Part shown: piece after piece, positions 17,295 through 29,345 of the stretch
Layout: every line of letters starts with the position of its first letter
How positions within the stretch are numbered: the stretch's first letter is position 1
Origin: Obrimoposthia wandeli
Taxonomy: Eukaryota
NCBI GenBank assembly: GCA_977020255.1
Contig: CDROCS010004896.1
Coordinates: 1-64,000, forward strand
Direction of reading: 5' to 3'
Length of the DNA: 64,000 nucleotides
Program-made: the position numbers and the translations under genes
The notes under the pieces: model-generated
What the model was told of the DNA's origin: nothing
Database searches by the model: none
Seen by the model: only the letters and a program-made list of their open reading frames with translations

Positions 17295-19394
17295 TTACTC
17301 CTTATCAGAAATTCTTTTAGGCCACGAGAATAAAAATGAAACTCCCCGATCACCACTTGAAGAGATGCTAATTTTCTGTCCTAAAGATTCGAGCATTTTT
17401 TTGATAATAGATAACCCCATACCGCTCCCCTCAACCTCATCGCGAGGCCTCAAGGTTTTGAACATTTCAAAGATTTGCTCATGATGCTTAGGATCAATGG
17501 CAGGTCCATCATTTATAACCGAAAACTGATAATAATCATCATATTCAATCGCTGAAATGGAAATAATACCGTTCGGCTTATCATGGTGCTTAATCGCATT
17601 ACCTATAAGGTTGCGAAATATAACCTCAAGAGGAATAGCCAGCGTTCTGAAAACAGGCAATGAACCTACAATATTTAATGAAAAATCAGCAGGCGGATCT
17701 AATAAACTAAAAAGTGCTTGAATCATCTCTTTCACATCGACTTCTTCAGCATCACCCTGATGATGCCCTATGCGAGAATAGGTTAATAAATCATCAAGAA
17801 GTTTTTCTAGGCGCGCCGTTCTGCTTTGCAATAGCCCTAAATGACTTTTAGTTTCTTCACTCACACTGTCTGAAATATCCTCTTCAATCCAGCTAGCCAG
17901 TTGCATAATTCCACGCAAAGGAGCCTTCAAATCATGCGAAGCAACATAGGCAAAGTCATTCAAATCTTTATTACTGCGTTTAAGCTCGTCGGTCATTGCC
18001 ACATGATCCGTCATATCAACAATAGTAGACAGGATCTTCGAGCCATCACCATCATCAAAGTGCGCAAGCCCTATTTCTGCAGAAAACTCTTCTCCATTAC
18101 GCTTTAACCCATAAACATTTTTATCAGTTCCCATTCGCCGCTGGGATTGATTCTGGTAAAAGTTCTCTCGGTGCTTTGAGTGCACATTATGAAATCTATG
18201 CGGAACTAACATATCAATAGACTGGCCCAGCAAATCTTTTTTATCGTACCCAAACAGTAATTCTACCTGAGGGTTAACTTTCTCAATAATTCCTTTGTCA
18301 TTTGTAATAATCATTCCACACGGTGCTGCTTCAATTATGTGCCTAAAGTATTCTTCTCCGAGAATTACTTTTTTTGTCATTTTATCGACTAAAATTAATG
18401 ATTTTTTATTACGTCCCGACAAAATAATAAATAATAAAATTAATAGGCTATTAATAAAAATACCGCCGATTAATATATAGGTAGATTGATTAGTACTAAT
18501 TACTGCATTGAACGAAGAGTCTGTTTGAATGGTAAAGTCCCAAGAACGGTTATACATTTTCAAGGTGACTTTTTTACTATAGAGAGGCCGTGAATCATAA
18601 CCTGATTTTTCAGGGCTCAACTCATCATAAAGTAAATCTTGACCATCATAAACACTAAACATTAAATGGCGGTTATTTTTATTGAGGGTTCCTGCGATTA
18701 ACTTTTCCATAATGAAGGGGGCGTATACATGACCTACAAAGTGTTTTCTACGCTGCTCTTCTGTGGCAATTTCTTGGCTATTATAAAAGGGGACAAACTG
18801 TAGAAAACCGGGTGTTTTCCTAGCATCTTGCACCAGAACAATAGGCCCAGTAATATACGTCTTCGAGGTATCTCTAGCCTGCTTAGCGGCCGAGAATCGA
18901 TTCTTTTCAAAAGCCATATCTAAGCCTACGGCCAACTCATTTCCCTTTAACGGCTCAACATAAGTGATTGGCCAATACTCGTTATTTTCATGAGAAGGAT
19001 AAACGTTAAAATCTGGTCGTAGGTCTCGCTCACCTTCAATAAAGGTTGCTAGTTTCTCTGCTGGCACATAGAAAATGACACCAATACCATTGATACCTGG
19101 ATACATTGACTCGAGTTTCAATGCCTCTGAAAAGCGCTTCCAGCCCTTGGCATCGATTTTTTTATCTTGAGTATGAATAGCCACAACACCCGTGCGCAAA
19201 GCATCCTCATAACGAGTCATACGTTCAGAAATACGCTCTAATAATTGGCCAGATAAGAAGTCAAAGCGTTGCTTTTTTTTCTGTTCAATTTGTGAATTCG
19301 AGTTCTGCCACGCAGCAATGGTCAACAACAGAGATAGCGCAATGACAGTCCATTGCATCCAATGTAAACGCCCGAGATTAATAGTTTGCAGCAT
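17295..19394 (-). CDS. CHASE-PAS sensor histidine kinase
   Basis: N-terminal TM, CHASE-like region (PITYVEP, GLDMA, ITGPIVLVQD), PAS, H-box FAYVASHDLKAPLRGI, NLIGNAIKH, GSGMGLSI. Confidence 0.9.
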   Translation of the reverse strand: MLQTINLGRLHWMQWTVIALSLLLTIAAWQNSNSQIEQKKKQRFDFLSGQLLERISERMTRYEDALRTGVVAIHTQDKKIDAKGWKRFSEALKLESMYPGINGIGVIFYVPAEKLATFIEGERDLRPDFNVYPSHENNEYWPITYVEPLKGNELAVGLDMAFEKNRFSAAKQARDTSKTYITGPIVLVQDARKTPGFLQFVPFYNSQEIATEEQRRKHFVGHVYAPFIMEKLIAGTLNKNNRHLMFSVYDGQDLLYDELSPEKSGYDSRPLYSKKVTLKMYNRSWDFTIQTDSSFNAVISTNQSTYILIGGIFINSLLILLFIILSGRNKKSLILVDKMTKKVILGEEYFRHIIEAAPCGMIITNDKGIIEKVNPQVELLFGYDKKDLLGQSIDMLVPHRFHNVHSKHRENFYQNQSQRRMGTDKNVYGLKRNGEEFSAEIGLAHFDDGDGSKILSTIVDMTDHVAMTDELKRSNKDLNDFAYVASHDLKAPLRGIMQLASWIEEDISDSVSEETKSHLGLLQSRTARLEKLLDDLLTYSRIGHHQGDAEEVDVKEMIQALFSLLDPPADFSLNIVGSLPVFRTLAIPLEVIFRNLIGNAIKHHDKPNGIISISAIEYDDYYQFSVINDGPAIDPKHHEQIFEMFKTLRPRDEVEGSGMGLSIIKKMLESLGQKISISSSGDRGVSFLFSWPKRISDKE

Positions 19395-19424
19395 GAGTAT
19401 TACCCTAATATAGGTAGAGAGCGT

Positions 19425-21122
19425 TTAAGAAATTAAAAGCGTTGCCTCAACATCCTGCTGTGGTAAAGGTCTTGAGTAATAATAGCCTTGCACATTTAAA
19501 ATTTTAAACTTCTGACAGAGTGAAACTTGATACTCAGTTTCGACACCTTCTGCGACTACGTCTAACCCTAAAATAGAGGCCATTGATACCAAGCCTTCCA
19601 TTAGGGCAATTTTTTTCATATCGCCTTTATCATTAGGAATCAAACTCTTATCTATTTTAACAACAGAAATTGGATAGTTTCTGAGATGTGAAATCGATGA
19701 AAATCCAGTGCCAAAGTCATCCAATGACAGTCTGCAATTTAGATTACTCAGACCGATAAGTGTATTATAGGTTTCAGCGGTATCTTTCAATAAAGCGGTT
19801 TCAGTTATTTCAATATCAATCAGTTCAGCAGGAACATTATGCCTTGTTAAGCAATTACTTAAGCTTTTAACCAAACGAGGATCTGATAACTGATGTGCAG
19901 AAACATTAATAGCCATCGTCAATGAGCGGTTATATTTTTTATGCCATTGCGCCAAGGTTGAAATGGCTTCTTCCATAACCCAAGCACCAATTGAAGCTAT
20001 CTGCCCGGTTTCTTCTGCAATACCAATAAACTGATCTGGACTTCGAAGCGCACCGTCTATATGCCAGCGTATTAATGCTTCGAAGCCTAATATTTGTGTG
20101 TGTTTTGGATTTATAATCGGCTGGTAGTGCAACTCAAATTGTTGTTTATCAATGGCACACTTTAGTTCAGTTTCAATCTTTACTCGCGCCAGAAACTTTT
20201 GTTGCATCTCTTCTTCAAAAAAACAAACTTGGTTTTTTCCTAATTTTTTTGCGCGGTACATAGCGATGTCAGCATGTTTAAATAATGCTTCACTGGTACT
20301 GCCATTCTCAGGATAAAAAGCAATACCCACACTCAGAGTTGTTTGAATTGAGGTCGAGGCGATATCAAAAGGTTTATACAGAACAGACACTATTCGCCTC
20401 GCGACTTGGCCCGCTTGGTCACTTGTTTTTAAGTTGCTGAGCATAATGGCAAATTCGTCTCCGCCTAAACGGGCAAATGTTTCATTGCCGCGTAAGCAGC
20501 CTCTGATTCTTGCAACGACTCTTTTTAATAATAAGTCTCCCACGTCATGCCCAAAGGTATCATTGACCAATTTGAAGTCGTCTAAATCAAATAATAACAA
20601 TCCCACTTTTTGCTCACAGCGACAGTCAACGGCAAGGATTTTCTTTAGAGATTCATCAAAAACATAGCGATTAGATAAACCTGTTAGTGAATCTGTTTCT
20701 GCAAGTAGCTTAACTTCTTGGTAGGTTTGATAGAGTTTTTTTTCTAGTTCGAAGCGGGTTGAAGCATGTAATAGTGCTCTTTTTAATCGAGCAGATGATA
20801 TTTCAGATTTAAGTAAAAAATCCTGAGCGCCTGCTCTAATGCAGGCCAAAGATAACTCCTCATCTTCTGATGAACTCATCATTACAATCGCGATACTGTT
20901 ATCTTTTGACTCATTCCTAAGCTCTACGATCATTTCAATACCATTGCGCTGTGGCAGTTGATAATCGAGCAGCACAATATCATAGGTATTAGCGGCGTAC
21001 ATTTTCAGACCTTGATCGACCGTAACGGCTTCACTAATCTGTGCACTTAAATCACTTTTTTGCAGTGCTCGTATTACCAGCGCGCGGTCAAGTTGATCAT
21101 CATCGACTAAAAGTATGTTCAT
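19425..21122 (-). CDS. REC-GGDEF-EAL diguanylate cyclase/phosphodiesterase
   Basis: ILLVDDD receiver; DLDDFK, RLGGDEF; FEALIRW, LDDFGTGFSS, AEGVE. Confidence 0.92.
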   Translation of the reverse strand: MNILLVDDDQLDRALVIRALQKSDLSAQISEAVTVDQGLKMYAANTYDIVLLDYQLPQRNGIEMIVELRNESKDNSIAIVMMSSSEDEELSLACIRAGAQDFLLKSEISSARLKRALLHASTRFELEKKLYQTYQEVKLLAETDSLTGLSNRYVFDESLKKILAVDCRCEQKVGLLLFDLDDFKLVNDTFGHDVGDLLLKRVVARIRGCLRGNETFARLGGDEFAIMLSNLKTSDQAGQVARRIVSVLYKPFDIASTSIQTTLSVGIAFYPENGSTSEALFKHADIAMYRAKKLGKNQVCFFEEEMQQKFLARVKIETELKCAIDKQQFELHYQPIINPKHTQILGFEALIRWHIDGALRSPDQFIGIAEETGQIASIGAWVMEEAISTLAQWHKKYNRSLTMAINVSAHQLSDPRLVKSLSNCLTRHNVPAELIDIEITETALLKDTAETYNTLIGLSNLNCRLSLDDFGTGFSSISHLRNYPISVVKIDKSLIPNDKGDMKKIALMEGLVSMASILGLDVVAEGVETEYQVSLCQKFKILNVQGYYYSRPLPQQDVEATLLIS

Positions 21123-21303
21123 GTTTACTTACGCCCTAACGCTTTACCGTTCTTTATTCTTAACAAGAATAAAGAGCCATACACGTAGTCCATATTAAAA
21201 ACACATATTGCTTCCTTGGCTACATGCTACTAACCGTAGAGTAGGAGGTTTTATTCATTTTTTCCAATATATTAACAGGGATAATTTTAATCGAGCAGAA
21301 ACA

Positions 21304-21330
21304 AAAAACCCCTTAAAATAAGGGGTTTTT
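21304..21330 (-). terminator. terminator after ssb
   Basis: Perfect 12-bp IR AAAAACCCCTTA / TAAGGGGTTTTT. Confidence 0.8.
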
Positions 21331-21360
21331 AGCTATTATTCACAATACTCAAAGGTATTT

Positions 21361-22074
21361 CTAGAACGGGATATCGTCATCAAAGCTATCAAAGTTATTA
21401 GCAGGCTGAGGGGCTGCTTGTGGCTGTGGTGCTGGCTGACTTTGAGGCTGGCCGTAACCTTGTTGTGGCGCTGCTTGTGGAGGAGCAAATCCAGTTTGTT
21501 GCGGCTGGTGCGCCGGACGCTGTGCTGGCTGACCTTGTGGCTGAGCATAACCTTGTTGCGGTTGCTGAGCAGGACGCTGTGGCTGGCCTTGCGGTTGCGC
21601 ATAACCCTGTTGTGGTTGCTGTGCTGGCTGCTGACCTTGAGGTGCAAAGTTACCTTGCGGCTGACCCATTGCAGCTGAAGGTGATTGAGCCATAGGTTGT
21701 GTATTAGCAAAACCTTGGCCTGCGCCCATGCCTGCATCAGGACGACCATCAAGCATCATCATATCGTTAACAACGATTTCTGTTGAATAGCGCTTAATGC
21801 CATCTTTTTCGTATTCGTTAGTGCGCAACTTACCTTCGAAGTAAGCCTTAGAGCCTTTCTTCAAGTACTGGCCAATGATTTCAGCTAATTTGCCAAAAGC
21901 CGTTAGACGGTGCCATTCAGTTTTTTCAACTTTTTGACCAGAGTTTTTATCGTTGTAGCTTTCGTCTGTCGCTACGCTTACTGTTACGACCGCACTACCA
22001 CTTGGTAGATATTTCATTTCCGGATCACGCCCAAGCGTCCCGATGATTTGTACTTTGTTTACACTGCGGCCCAT
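21361..22074 (-). CDS. ssb: single-stranded DNA-binding protein with long P/Q-rich linker
   Basis: [22 protein letters not shown]-terminal DDDIPF; start set at MGRSVNK. Confidence 0.96.
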   Translation of the reverse strand: MGRSVNKVQIIGTLGRDPEMKYLPSGSAVVTVSVATDESYNDKNSGQKVEKTEWHRLTAFGKLAEIIGQYLKKGSKAYFEGKLRTNEYEKDGIKRYSTEIVVNDMMMLDGRPDAGMGAGQGFANTQPMAQSPSAAMGQPQGNFAPQGQQPAQQPQQGYAQPQGQPQRPAQQPQQGYAQPQGQPAQRPAHQPQQTGFAPPQAAPQQGYGQPQSQPAPQPQAAPQPANNFDSFDDDIPF

Positions 22075-22075
22075 T

Positions 22076-23452
22076 TTATTCTCCCAATGAGTTGACGGTT
22101 GCCATCGCTTGTTGATAATCAAAAACGCTGGCGTCTACTTTTAAATATATGGCGTGCTCTTCTGCTATTAAAATAGCATCGGCAACCCCTCTAAGATTAA
22201 TCAAGGCATCAAGATAGAGTGAACTCTGATCTTCACCGTTACCCTGATTCAGAATGTCTACACGCACACTATTAAGGTGTGCGGGTTTTGGTGTAATGAT
22301 AACCAATAATGCCCATGCAAAAACGGCAGCCGCCAGTATAAGGAATAGTCCTTCAATACCGAAGTGGTTATTTAACCAGCCACCCATTAGGCCGCCGACA
22401 AAAGCACCTAAAAACTGCAGCGTGGAATAGATTCCCATCGCACTGCCTTTGGCACCTGCCGGAGCCACCTTACTTAACCAAGATGGCAGAGTAGCTTCCA
22501 TAATATTGAAAGCCCAAAAGAATACACCTAGCGCGATTGCCCAAGCCCAAACACCTGCAGCCTGAGACATCAAAATAAGGGCGAGTATCATAATCCCTAA
22601 TGCCGTAATCACAATGCCTTTCATCTGCTTTTTCTTCTCAGCGATGATGACAAATGGAACCATTAAGACAAACGCGATTAATAAGACAGGCAAATAGAGC
22701 CAAGCGTGCTGATCAAGGGTTAATCCTGCTAGCACTAGTTGCGGCGGTATAGAGACAAACATAGCAACCATTAAGGCATGCAGAATGAAAATACCGATAT
22801 TGAGTGGCCACAACTGTCCATTGCCCAGCTGCTTAATTACTTCACTAACAATCGCGCTGCCATCTCGATGTTTTTTACGAGCGGGGTTCGGCACCAAATA
22901 CAGCATTAATGCGATACCCGCCAACGACAAGATACCCGTAACAATAAAGATTAACTGCAGGCCACCAAAGTGAACAAGCAAAGGCCCCAGTACTAACGCG
23001 ACCGAAAACGAAAGACCGATAGAGGCGCCGATAGAGGCCATTGCTTTCATTCGGTGTTCTTCACGGGTCAGGTCAGATACTAAGGCCATCACGGCACTGG
23101 CGATAGCACCACAACCTTGTAAAAATCGACCGAATATAATTCCGTAGATAGTATCGGCATTGGCGGCAACAAAGCTGCCCAGAGCAAAGATCAATAAGCC
23201 AATAACGATAATGGGTTTACGACCAAAATAATCGGATAGCGCCCCAGCGGGAATTTGTAATAATGCTTGGCTTAACCCGTAGGCGCCAATCGCTAAGCCC
23301 AATAACTCGGGAGTCGCACCCTCATAGCTAGCACCGGCAATGGCCATTACCGGCAAAACCATAAATAAGCCCAGCATACGCAAGGCGTATAAGGAGGCTA
23401 GAGAGGCAATAGCACGCTTTTCGGTGCCTGATATATTAGACGCTGTAGACAT
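22076..23452 (-). CDS. YajR-like MFS transporter
   Basis: [20 protein letters not shown], 12 TM, soluble C-terminal domain; conserved ssb-MFS-uvrA context. Start could be 23467. Confidence 0.88.
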   Translation of the reverse strand: MSTASNISGTEKRAIASLASLYALRMLGLFMVLPVMAIAGASYEGATPELLGLAIGAYGLSQALLQIPAGALSDYFGRKPIIVIGLLIFALGSFVAANADTIYGIIFGRFLQGCGAIASAVMALVSDLTREEHRMKAMASIGASIGLSFSVALVLGPLLVHFGGLQLIFIVTGILSLAGIALMLYLVPNPARKKHRDGSAIVSEVIKQLGNGQLWPLNIGIFILHALMVAMFVSIPPQLVLAGLTLDQHAWLYLPVLLIAFVLMVPFVIIAEKKKQMKGIVITALGIMILALILMSQAAGVWAWAIALGVFFWAFNIMEATLPSWLSKVAPAGAKGSAMGIYSTLQFLGAFVGGLMGGWLNNHFGIEGLFLILAAAVFAWALLVIITPKPAHLNSVRVDILNQGNGEDQSSLYLDALINLRGVADAILIAEEHAIYLKVDASVFDYQQAMATVNSLGE

Positions 23453-23736
23453 TAGAAATAATTGCAAAAAAATGTGAGGCTTATTCTAGCAGATTAAATC
23501 GGACGGCCCGTACTCTAATTGCAGGATGCTTTGTGCGATGACATTTAACTCAGTAACGCAGTGTATATTTCATTCACCAATAGAGCCGCTAGTCGGTACT
23601 AACGTATCTTAGAAAGATGCTTTTTTTACTTCAAAATGTATACTTCCTCACTGTATAGATGTGGCAATTTAAGACAAATGGCGTACACTTATTTTATTCA
23701 GGCTGGACGCCACAGCATATATACAAGGAAAGTAAT

Positions 23737-24402
23737 ATGGATACATCACGCCGCATCATTCTCTTCGGCCAACAAAATCTGCAAAACTCTATTTTAATTG
23801 GCTTTATTCACCAGCGCACCAATATCGATTGCCAGCTAATCAGCACGCCCGAATGGCGCACTGAGTGGAATACCTTTGAAGGCCAAACACTTGCGTTAAT
23901 TGATGCAGATTCGGCGCGCACTGAACGCTTACAAGATTTATTAGAACAAGTTTTCGACCAAAACAAAGACATCCAAGTTGCCTTCTTCAATACCCAAAAT
24001 ACTAGCCCAGTAGAACGTTTAATGGCGTGGCCTATGGTGAATGGGATTTTCTACAAAGAAAGTTCACAACAGCAGTTAGTAAAAGGTATTACGGGCATAT
24101 TTGAAGGTGAGTTCTGGTTGTCTCGCCGCTTAATCGCGCAATACCTTGAGCGTACTCGTAGCAAACCTCGTAAAGTAACTCATAATGCAAATATATTAAC
24201 CCGACGCGAAAAACAAATTTTAAGCCTAACCGCAACGGGAGCGACGAATACGGAGATTGCAGGACATCTTAACGTCAGTATGCATACCGTAAAAACCCAT
24301 ATTTATAACCTGTTTAAAAAGATCGATGTATCCAATCGAATCCAAGCAGTTAACTGGGCTAAAGATAACTTGGAAGACATAGTTCCAGAAAGCATGGTTT
24401 AA
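23737..24402 (+). CDS. CsgD/VpsT-family LuxR regulator
   Basis: Degenerate receiver domain, WLSR motif, LuxR HTH (LTRRE...NTEIA..L.VS.HTVKTHIYNLFKKI...NR.QA). ATG 23737 follows AAGGAAAG. Confidence 0.85.
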   Translation: MDTSRRIILFGQQNLQNSILIGFIHQRTNIDCQLISTPEWRTEWNTFEGQTLALIDADSARTERLQDLLEQVFDQNKDIQVAFFNTQNTSPVERLMAWPMVNGIFYKESSQQQLVKGITGIFEGEFWLSRRLIAQYLERTRSKPRKVTHNANILTRREKQILSLTATGATNTEIAGHLNVSMHTVKTHIYNLFKKIDVSNRIQAVNWAKDNLEDIVPESMV

Positions 24403-24469
24403 TTCCTTTACCCCTTGCTCAGTTGCTTTACAATTCTGGCTTATTGATTAATAAAGTCAGAATTGTTTA

Positions 24470-27304
24470 ATGGATAAAATTATAGTTCAGGGCGCTCGCA
24501 CCCATAATCTCAAGAATATTGATATTGAGATTCCTCGCGACAAACTCATCGTCATCACAGGCTTGAGTGGCTCAGGAAAATCGTCATTAGCGTTTGACAC
24601 CTTATATGCAGAAGGACAGCGTCGCTACGTTGAATCACTCTCCACTTACGCTCGTCAGTTTTTATCGATGATGGAAAAGCCCGATATAGACCATATTGAA
24701 GGCTTATCTCCCGCTATTTCTATTGAACAAAAATCGACTTCTCATAATCCACGTTCCACCGTGGGTACGGTTACTGAGATTTATGATTACCTGAGACTAC
24801 TGTTTGCTCGCGTCGGTACACCGAAGTGCCCTGAGCATGATGTTGCGCTTGAAGCTCAAACCATTAGCCAAATGGTTGACCAAATCATTGCTCTTCCAGA
24901 AGAAAGCAAACAGATGATTCTGGCACCGGTTATTCGTGATCGCAAAGGTGAGCATTTACACGTACTCGATAACTTGCGCGCACAAGGCTTTATCCGTGTT
25001 CGTATTGATGGCCTAGTCTGTGACTTAGATGATACCCCTGAACTGGATAAGAAAAAGAAACACACAATTGAAGTGGTCGTCGATCGCTTTAAAATTCGTG
25101 CCGAAATTGCCCAACGCTTAGCAGAATCACTAGAAACTTGCGTTGGCCTAAGTGGCGGTCTTGTACTCGTTATGCCAATGGATGACGATAGCAGTGATGG
25201 TTTATTATTTTCATCTCAGTTTTCTTGTCCGCACTGTGGTTACAGCCTTTCAGAACTTGAACCTCGTTTGTTTTCTTTCAACAACCCTGCAGGTGCTTGT
25301 AGTAGCTGCGATGGTTTAGGCGTTAAACAATATTTTGATCAAAGCCTGGTAGTTGCAGAACCTAGTCTGTCTATTTCAGAGGGCGCTATTCGCGGTTGGG
25401 ATAGGCGCAGTATTTATTATTTCCAAATGCTCAATTCTGTCGCCGATCATTATGGCTTTGATATCGACAAACCCTTCGATAAGTTGACTGAAAAGCAGCA
25501 GCATCTTATTTTACAAGGCAGTGGTGAAGACGAAATCAGTTTTAACTACGTTAATAGTCGTGGTGATACAGTTTTAAAAACTCATATCTTTGAAGGCGTA
25601 CTACCAAACCTTGATCGCCGCTTCCACGATACTGATTCACAGATGGTACGTGAAGAGCTGACAAAGTACTTAAGTGTGCAGCGTTGCCCTAGCTGTGATG
25701 GCTCCCGCCTAAGAACAGAAGCACGCCACGTATTCATTGGTGATAAAACCATTCATCAATGTACTGCCCTGCCTATTGATGAAGCTCAGCAGTATTTCAC
25801 CGAACTAGAGTTTATTGGGCAAAAAGCAAAAGTCGCCGATAAGATTTTAAAAGAAATTCGTGATCGGCTGCAATTTTTGGTCAACGTAGGCCTGGAATAT
25901 TTAAGCCTTAACCGCAGCTCAGACACTTTATCAGGTGGCGAGGCGCAACGTATCCGCTTAGCCTCGCAAATTGGTGCTGGCTTAGTAGGCGTTATGTACA
26001 TTTTGGATGAGCCCTCTATTGGTTTACACCAAAGAGACAACGACCGCTTATTGCAAACATTGGTGCATTTACGCGATATTGGTAATACCGTGATCGTTGT
26101 TGAGCATGATGAAGACGCTATTCGCAGTGCTGATTACCTGATTGATATTGGCCCAGGCGCTGGGGTTCATGGTGGCGAAATTGTTGCCCAAGGAACACCT
26201 GAGGAAGTTTTCAATAATAAGAACTCTATTACTGGTCAATTTCTAACGGGTGCAAGAAGAATTTCTATCCCAGAAGAACGCAGTATTTATGACCCAGAAC
26301 GCTTACTTACACTTTCTGGAGCGACGGGTAATAACTTAGATAATGTTGATCTGATCATTCCGCTTGGGCTATTAACGTGTGTTACGGGTGTTTCTGGTTC
26401 AGGTAAATCAACCTTAATCAATCGCACACTCTATCCATTAGCAGCAACCGCATTAAATGGTGCCACGACTTTAAAAGCGGCGCCGTATGAGTCGATTACT
26501 GGTATGGATCAATTGGATAAGGTGGTCGATATTGACCAAAGCCCAATCGGCCGTACGCCACGCTCAAACCCTGCAACCTATACTGGAATATTCACTCCAA
26601 TTCGTGAATTATTTGCCGGCACACAAGAATCTCGTAGCCGTGGCTATAAAGTCGGTCGCTTCTCATTTAACGTAAAAGGCGGTCGCTGTGAAGCCTGCCA
26701 AGGTGATGGCGTTATTAAGGTTGAGATGCATTTCTTAGCCGATGTGTATGTTCCGTGCGATATCTGCAAAGGCCAGCGCTACAACCGCGAAACCTTAGAT
26801 ATTCGCTATAAAGGTAAAAACATTCATGAATGTTTATCCCTTACCGTAGAAGATGCGCGTGAATTCTTTGATGCCATCCCAGCGATATCTCGCAAACTGC
26901 AAACCCTAATCGATGTAGGCCTGTCTTACATTACTCTTGGGCAAGCAGCGACCACACTATCAGGCGGTGAAGCTCAGCGCGTGAAACTGGCGAAAGAACT
27001 GTCTAAAAGAGATACTGGTAATACGCTCTATATCCTGGACGAACCGACGACAGGTTTGCATTTTGCTGATATTCAGCAATTATTGGTCGTACTCCATCGC
27101 TTGCGCGATCATGGCAATACGGTAGTGGTTATTGAGCATAACCTAGACGTGATTAAAACAGCAGATTGGATTATTGACTTGGGGCCAGAGGGTGGCTCTA
27201 AAGGTGGTTACATCATCGCTGAAGGGACGCCTGAACATTTGGCAGAACAGACGGTATCGCATACGGCTACCTTCTTAAAACCTCTACTAGAAAGAGGTTA
27301 TTAA
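24470..27304 (+). CDS. uvrA: excinuclease ABC subunit A
   Basis: [18 protein letters not shown], two [11 protein letters not shown] signatures, zinc fingers. Confidence 0.99.
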   Translation: MDKIIVQGARTHNLKNIDIEIPRDKLIVITGLSGSGKSSLAFDTLYAEGQRRYVESLSTYARQFLSMMEKPDIDHIEGLSPAISIEQKSTSHNPRSTVGTVTEIYDYLRLLFARVGTPKCPEHDVALEAQTISQMVDQIIALPEESKQMILAPVIRDRKGEHLHVLDNLRAQGFIRVRIDGLVCDLDDTPELDKKKKHTIEVVVDRFKIRAEIAQRLAESLETCVGLSGGLVLVMPMDDDSSDGLLFSSQFSCPHCGYSLSELEPRLFSFNNPAGACSSCDGLGVKQYFDQSLVVAEPSLSISEGAIRGWDRRSIYYFQMLNSVADHYGFDIDKPFDKLTEKQQHLILQGSGEDEISFNYVNSRGDTVLKTHIFEGVLPNLDRRFHDTDSQMVREELTKYLSVQRCPSCDGSRLRTEARHVFIGDKTIHQCTALPIDEAQQYFTELEFIGQKAKVADKILKEIRDRLQFLVNVGLEYLSLNRSSDTLSGGEAQRIRLASQIGAGLVGVMYILDEPSIGLHQRDNDRLLQTLVHLRDIGNTVIVVEHDEDAIRSADYLIDIGPGAGVHGGEIVAQGTPEEVFNNKNSITGQFLTGARRISIPEERSIYDPERLLTLSGATGNNLDNVDLIIPLGLLTCVTGVSGSGKSTLINRTLYPLAATALNGATTLKAAPYESITGMDQLDKVVDIDQSPIGRTPRSNPATYTGIFTPIRELFAGTQESRSRGYKVGRFSFNVKGGRCEACQGDGVIKVEMHFLADVYVPCDICKGQRYNRETLDIRYKGKNIHECLSLTVEDAREFFDAIPAISRKLQTLIDVGLSYITLGQAATTLSGGEAQRVKLAKELSKRDTGNTLYILDEPTTGLHFADIQQLLVVLHRLRDHGNTVVVIEHNLDVIKTADWIIDLGPEGGSKGGYIIAEGTPEHLAEQTVSHTATFLKPLLERGY

Positions 27305-27469
27305 GACTTAGACGAATACGGGTTCTTTACGCGTTGATAAAATAAAATCTTTTATTACTGAGTGTGTCTTTTTTGGGTATTCCAAGAAAGGCACATGACC
27401 ACACTCAGAGAAGTTAAGCATTTTCATTCCTGGCAGTCGTTAAGCATCGACACCATTAATCGCAAGTCA

Positions 27470-27507
27470 AAAAAGAGCAATAGAATTAATATTCTATTGC
27501 TCTTTTT
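27470..27507 (+). terminator. bidirectional-type terminator after uvrA
   Basis: Perfect 17-bp IR AAAAAGAGCAATAGAAT-TAAT-ATTCTATTGCTCTTTTT. Confidence 0.8.
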
Positions 27508-27509
27508 AA

Positions 27510-27790
27510 ATTCTTCCACCTAAAACTAAACCGAAATATTGGCCAACAATTGCTCCCAAATTTTACCTTCTGGACTGGAGTTAGCCCCTATTGAGTGAGA
27601 AACTTATTATCAGGCAAATAATTGGATAAGGCGGTTAATGAGTATTGATCACTATCTGTTCTATAGCCTACAGCCAAACCAGGGATATCGAGGGCAATAA
27701 CATGATAGACTATGGCCACTGGCCGACGGCACCATGTAAAAGACAGATGATAGATAACTTATGAGACTTAAAATCTGCTAGGTAACTCGC
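27510..27790 (-). pseudogene. degraded alpha/beta-hydrolase fragment
   Basis: Manual translation gives IICLLHG (27731-27750), YHVIALDIPG (27678-27707) and a broken S-L-G-G-like elbow near 27510-27530, separated by stops and frameshifts. Confidence 0.5.
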
Positions 27791-27861
27791 CAACTGCTTA
27801 ATTTTTACTTCAGTCGAGAATGAAAAGATAAACTAAGCTGGGCTTTTTTATGACAAAGATT

Positions 27862-28269
27862 TTACTCTTCGCCAGCTTCTGTTGCTTCAACAACGTCTTC
27901 TGCTTCAACAGCAGGACGGTCTACTAATTCAACGTAAGCCATAGGTGCATTATCACCTGAACGGAAGCCACATTTCATAATGCGAATGTAGCCACCCGGA
28001 CGTGCTTCATAACGAGGACCCAACTCATTAAACAACTTACCAACAGCTTCTTTACTGCGAGTACGTGCAAAAGCCAAACGGCGATTTGCAACGGAGTCAA
28101 CTTTAGCCAATGTAATCAACGGCTCAGCAACACCACGTAACTCTTTTGCTTTTGGCAAAGTAGTTTTAATGATTTCATGCTCGAACAAAGACACAGCCAT
28201 GTTTTTAAACATAGCTTGGCGATGCGAACTGGTGCGATTAAAGTGGCGACCACTTTTACGATGACGCAT
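27862..28269 (-). CDS. rplQ: 50S ribosomal protein L17
   Basis: [17 protein letters not shown]. Confidence 0.99.
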   Translation of the reverse strand: MRHRKSGRHFNRTSSHRQAMFKNMAVSLFEHEIIKTTLPKAKELRGVAEPLITLAKVDSVANRRLAFARTRSKEAVGKLFNELGPRYEARPGGYIRIMKCGFRSGDNAPMAYVELVDRPAVEAEDVVEATEAGEE

Positions 28270-28320
28270 GATTAATTTCCTTTACTAACTGAACGCTCTG
28301 CGAGGTTTAATCCCTAAGGA

Positions 28321-29322
28321 CTAAGCCAGCACTTTGTCGTCGTTTCGAAGACTTGCTGGCGGCCAATTTTCTAGGTGCATACCTAGTGAAAGACCACGTG
28401 ATGCAAGAACATCTTTAATTTCAGTCAGAGATTTCTTACCCAAATTAGGAGTCTTCAACAGCTCAACTTCAGTGCGCTGTATCAAATCACCAATGTAGTA
28501 AATATTCTCGGCCTTTAGGCAGTTCGCAGAACGGACAGTTAACTCTAAATCGTCAACTGGACGTAGAAGGATAGGATCAATTTCCTCTTCTTCTTTCTGC
28601 TGCTCAACTACTTCCTCATTTTCCAGGTCAACAAATATTGCTAATTGTTGCTGCAGAATTGTAGCAGAGCGACGAATCGCTTCTTCTGGATCGATAGTAC
28701 CATTGGTTTCCAATTCGATAACCAACTTGTCTAGATCAGTACGCTGTTCAACACGTGCATTATCTACACTGTATGAAATACGCTGAACTGGACTATAAGT
28801 CGCATCGATTTGCAATTTACCAATTGCCTTCGTTTCTTCGTCGTTCTGGTTGCGAGACTCTACAGTCTCATAACCACGACCTGAAGTGATTTTTAACGTC
28901 ATCTTCAGTTCAGTGCCGGCCGCTAAATGAGCAATTACATGCTCAGGGTTAGCGATTTCAACACCGTGATCCAGTTGAATGTCGGCAGCGGTAACTGCAC
29001 CTGCTCCAGATTTAACTAGAGTCAGAGTCGCTTCATCACGTTCGTGAAGTTTGACTGCAACACCCTTAAGGTTTAACAAGATTTCAATTACGTCTTCTTG
29101 TACGCCTTCGATCGTGCTGTACTCATGAAGTACACCGTCGATCTCTACCTCTACAATTGCCGCTCCTGGCATGGAGGACAGCAATATTCGACGCAAAGCG
29201 TTGCCAAGTGTATGACCGAAACCGCGCTCCAGTGGCTCAAGAGTCACTTTCGCATGAGTCTTGCTCATTTCTTCAACTTGAATATGACGCGGTGTCAAAA
29301 ATTCGTTTACTGCGCGCTGCAT
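28321..29322 (-). CDS. rpoA: RNA polymerase alpha subunit
   Basis: [28 protein letters not shown]. Confidence 0.99.
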   Translation of the reverse strand: MQRAVNEFLTPRHIQVEEMSKTHAKVTLEPLERGFGHTLGNALRRILLSSMPGAAIVEVEIDGVLHEYSTIEGVQEDVIEILLNLKGVAVKLHERDEATLTLVKSGAGAVTAADIQLDHGVEIANPEHVIAHLAAGTELKMTLKITSGRGYETVESRNQNDEETKAIGKLQIDATYSPVQRISYSVDNARVEQRTDLDKLVIELETNGTIDPEEAIRRSATILQQQLAIFVDLENEEVVEQQKEEEEIDPILLRPVDDLELTVRSANCLKAENIYYIGDLIQRTEVELLKTPNLGKKSLTEIKDVLASRGLSLGMHLENWPPASLRNDDKVLA

Positions 29323-29345
29323 AGCTGCCCCTTACAATGCTCTAA

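Noticed and set aside
21336-21752. Alternate-frame ORFs in the ssb linker
   Set aside because: By-product of low-complexity CAG/CCA repeats lacking stop codons.
23468-23736. LexA box for uvrA/ssb
   Set aside because: Only a half-site (CTGTATAG near 23652) with no ACAG partner.
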